Positions 29,515 through 32,000 of a stretch of DNA of 32,000 nt are shown piece after piece. A program made the position numbers and the translations under genes. Origin of the DNA: Xylella taiwanensis (lineage in GTDB: Bacteria; Pseudomonadota; Gammaproteobacteria; Xanthomonadales; Xanthomonadaceae); NCBI RefSeq assembly GCF_013177435.1, contig NZ_CP053627.1, forward strand, positions 2,790,001 through 2,822,000, given 5' to 3'. The first letter of the stretch is position 1; every line of letters starts with the position of its first letter. Below the pieces are notes generated by a model. It saw only the letters and a program-made list of their open reading frames with translations, searched no databases and was not told the origin of the DNA.

Positions 29515-31946
29515 AATTTCGTCAGCTTCATACGCACCTGTTTCGCACCAGAACCTTGTGGTTGAAGATCCAAGTAAATCGTATAAGCTTTTCGCGCTTT
29601 ATCTTTATTGTTTAATCGCAAATAGACATCACCAAGATTTAGCTGTGCGACCGCACGTGAGGGATCTATTTTGAGCGTGTTCTCCAACCACCGTACAGCT
29701 TGTGCGTATTGTCCCTGACGAAAATACACAAAACCAAGATTATTAGCCGCCAGTGCAAAGTTTGGACGCAACTCCAGCGCCTCGGAAAATTTATCAGCAG
29801 CTTCCATATAACGCTTCTCTTTGTATAACTGCAACCCCAGATCATTTGCACGCTGAGCTAGCTGCCTTTTACTAAGCTTCCCAGTAGGAAGCAATGACAA
29901 AGTGGCCTCGCTAGCTTGTAGATTTTTGACTGTGGCTGATCTAAGCACAGTCGCATTTTGACGTACCTGTTTAGCACCGAGTGTAGAGTTTGTGGACCCA
30001 ACACGACGGTTCAAAGTAATCTTATCGACTAGTAACTGTGCTGTCTGACTCGTCAGAACTCCCTCACGCCTGGGTATCTCGAACACAAATTCCCCCCCCT
30101 GTGAACCAGCCAAGTTACCGAATGTTGGGGTTTGTGCTGATACTGCCGACACCGCTGGCACCACGTATGCCGCCAATTCAGTACCAGTGATCAATCCGTC
30201 ATCATTAAAGTCAGCACGGCCAGACAACGCTTGCAATAACACCCAAGTGAAGACAGAATGGCCGTTGGGGCCTCTATCAGTGACTGGCTGGTCAGCCGCA
30301 CCAGCAGTGAGCATTTGACGACTCATTCGGTTATTACTCGTACGCCAGCGAGCACCAGTCTCTGTTTCCCCATGCGTGAAATCCAAACCGCTATAGCAAG
30401 CATCTATGACGAAGAGTACATTTTTAGCCTCAAAGTTCTTAGCGATGTTCTGTATTTCGGTCATTGAGATTGCATCATCTGCAAAATTCGCTGGATTCGA
30501 ATCAGCAGGAATGATATAATTCAAGTTTGGCCCGAAGGAGGGCCGACGTGTAGCGCCATGACCAGCAAAGAAGACAAACAGACGATCATTTTTTTGTATA
30601 CGACCATTAGCCAACTGACCGTTAAACGCAGCCAGAATTTTATCGCGAGTGGCCTCACGGTTCTTCAGTAAAATTACTTGTGAAGATGGAAAGCCAAGCG
30701 ATTCAATCAGCGTGTTGGCAATCGCATCAGCGTCGTTAGCTGCGTATTTCAATTTTGGCCACTTGATATAGTCATCGACACCAATCACTGTTGCCCAAGA
30801 ATGTATGGCGGTAGTTCCTCTCCCTGTATCATCGGTGTCGACCTTTATAGCTTGACTATGATTAACACTAAAGCCATGGCCATCCCAACCAGCAAATTGG
30901 TAGCCATCAGCGATAAGTTGATCCAGGATCTGTGGTAGTGCTTTAACTGCACGGTCATGAATATCGTGAAACAAAATGATGCCACGTTGTTTTTTAGCCA
31001 CCTGCGCGAGTACACGCCGCACGACTGAATTTGGAACTGGATCGGCCCAGTCAAGCGAATCGATATTCCATCCCACTGATTTAAGGCCGATTTCAGCTAG
31101 CAACCGCAGCCCCTCAGCATTACGCGCACCATACGGGAAGCGGAATAGTGGTGCGCGCCTTTCATCCACTGCACGCAACATTGTATCGGCATCCATCACC
31201 TCTCTACGAAGCGCTGTGCCACTAAGCTTAGACAACAGGTCATGGGTCATACTATGGTTACCAACGGCATAGCCTTGTTCCATTAGCTCGTGGCTAATTT
31301 TAGATAAGGGGCCTAGTCGCGGTTTTCCAGCCCTATCCAATCTGCCAAGATTGCGTCCAACCTCAAAGAACACCGCTGGTACAGCGTAGCGTTGTAAGAT
31401 TGCCTTGATTTCATTGGTATAGACTCGGTGTGGGCCATCATCGAAAGTAAGTACTAGCGTTTTAAACGGTAATTCATTACCAAACACTTCAAGTTCGCTT
31501 CCTTCGATTGATATCGGATCAGCTTCGATGACTGCATAATCACGCAAAATCATTTTACGTGTGTAAGAACGACGCAAATACGCCATGTAGTCATCCCACT
31601 TTTCACGCTTAAGAACAATTCCTCGATTGTGATCAAAAGAATTAGATATCCGAGTAATTTCCTGGTTGTAGGTATGTTCAATCTGAGTTAGTGCATCCAG
31701 ATCTTCATGAATACGTTGACGCAATTTTATTGCCGGAAGCGCCGAATCATGGCTAATACGAGCGTCAAGATCGTTTAGCGTTTCACGAAACGCTAAACGA
31801 TCAGCATCATAGAGCTCAGGTGCGGATTCAATATAATCGAGCATTATTGTCAAAGTATCAAAACGGTTAACCGCACCAGAAGTAAGCAATGTATCAATTC
31901 GTTTAGAAAACGCGGCGCGTTGATTCAATCCTTCATTAAATAACAT
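29511..31946 (-). CDS. Multidomain protein: NodB/CE4 polysaccharide deacetylase, caspase-like (peptidase C14) and TPR repeats
   Basis: At least 811 aa.
- **Deacetylase:** residues ~163-352 carry all five NodB motifs (TFDDG, HSMTH, RFPYG, DSLDWAD, ILFHD).
- **Protease:** residues ~384-625 carry a caspase-type His/Cys dyad (FFAGHG; VIDACYSG) and the [17 protein letters not shown] tail common in bacterial caspase homologs.
- **TPR:** residues ~695-800 form three TPR repeats.
The frame stays open upstream of the first ATG all the way to position 32000, so the true start may lie outside the window. The stop overlaps the mnmE start (ATGA). Confidence 0.85.
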   Translation of the reverse strand: MLFNEGLNQRAAFSKRIDTLLTSGAVNRFDTLTIMLDYIESAPELYDADRLAFRETLNDLDARISHDSALPAIKLRQRIHEDLDALTQIEHTYNQEITRISNSFDHNRGIVLKREKWDDYMAYLRRSYTRKMILRDYAVIEADPISIEGSELEVFGNELPFKTLVLTFDDGPHRVYTNEIKAILQRYAVPAVFFEVGRNLGRLDRAGKPRLGPLSKISHELMEQGYAVGNHSMTHDLLSKLSGTALRREVMDADTMLRAVDERRAPLFRFPYGARNAEGLRLLAEIGLKSVGWNIDSLDWADPVPNSVVRRVLAQVAKKQRGIILFHDIHDRAVKALPQILDQLIADGYQFAGWDGHGFSVNHSQAIKVDTDDTGRGTTAIHSWATVIGVDDYIKWPKLKYAANDADAIANTLIESLGFPSSQVILLKNREATRDKILAAFNGQLANGRIQKNDRLFVFFAGHGATRRPSFGPNLNYIIPADSNPANFADDAISMTEIQNIAKNFEAKNVLFVIDACYSGLDFTHGETETGARWRTSNNRMSRQMLTAGAADQPVTDRGPNGHSVFTWVLLQALSGRADFNDDGLITGTELAAYVVPAVSAVSAQTPTFGNLAGSQGGEFVFEIPRREGVLTSQTAQLLVDKITLNRRVGSTNSTLGAKQVRQNATVLRSATVKNLQASEATLSLLPTGKLSKRQLAQRANDLGLQLYKEKRYMEAADKFSEALELRPNFALAANNLGFVYFRQGQYAQAVRWLENTLKIDPSRAVAQLNLGDVYLRLNNKDKARKAYTIYLDLQPQGSGAKQVRMKLTKL

Positions 31947-32000
31947 CTGCCCAACTTGAGTCGAAGTAACACGCTCCCGAGACGTATGTACATCATCATC

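Overview
This 32-kb window looks like a Xanthomonadaceae chromosome. The protein sequences and mid-range GC fit Xylella best, but that is recall-based inference, not a search result.

- **Left end, minus strand:** the conserved translation cluster thrS-infC-rpmI-rplT-pheS. infC appears to use a non-canonical AUC start.
- **About 4.6-8.3 kb:** a roughly 3.6-kb ORF-poor stretch that looks AT-richer by eye. It holds a frameshifted IS5-family transposase remnant and other coding debris.
- **8.3-11.9 kb:** rimK, then an OmpR-type response regulator and histidine kinase pair.
- **Centre, type IV pilus locus:** coaE-pilD-pilC lie on the minus strand. A pilin array follows on the plus strand, then pilB and the convergent pilR-pilS pair. 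The array consists of:
  - one pilA;
  - a 2.5-kb ORF-free spacer that is C+A-skewed and carries one canonical G-quadruplex motif;
  - two tandem pilin cassettes with sigma-54 promoters;
  - a decayed fourth pilin.
- **Right end:** sucCD and mnmE. Translationally coupled upstream of mnmE is an ORF of at least 811 aa that fuses a NodB/CE4 deacetylase, a caspase-like (C14) protease and TPR repeats.

I saw no rRNA, tRNA or CRISPR array. The items most worth follow-up are the deacetylase-caspase-TPR fusion and the mosaic pilin array with its non-coding spacer and G4 motif. All calls come from reading the ORF translations and the DNA by eye; no database search was possible.
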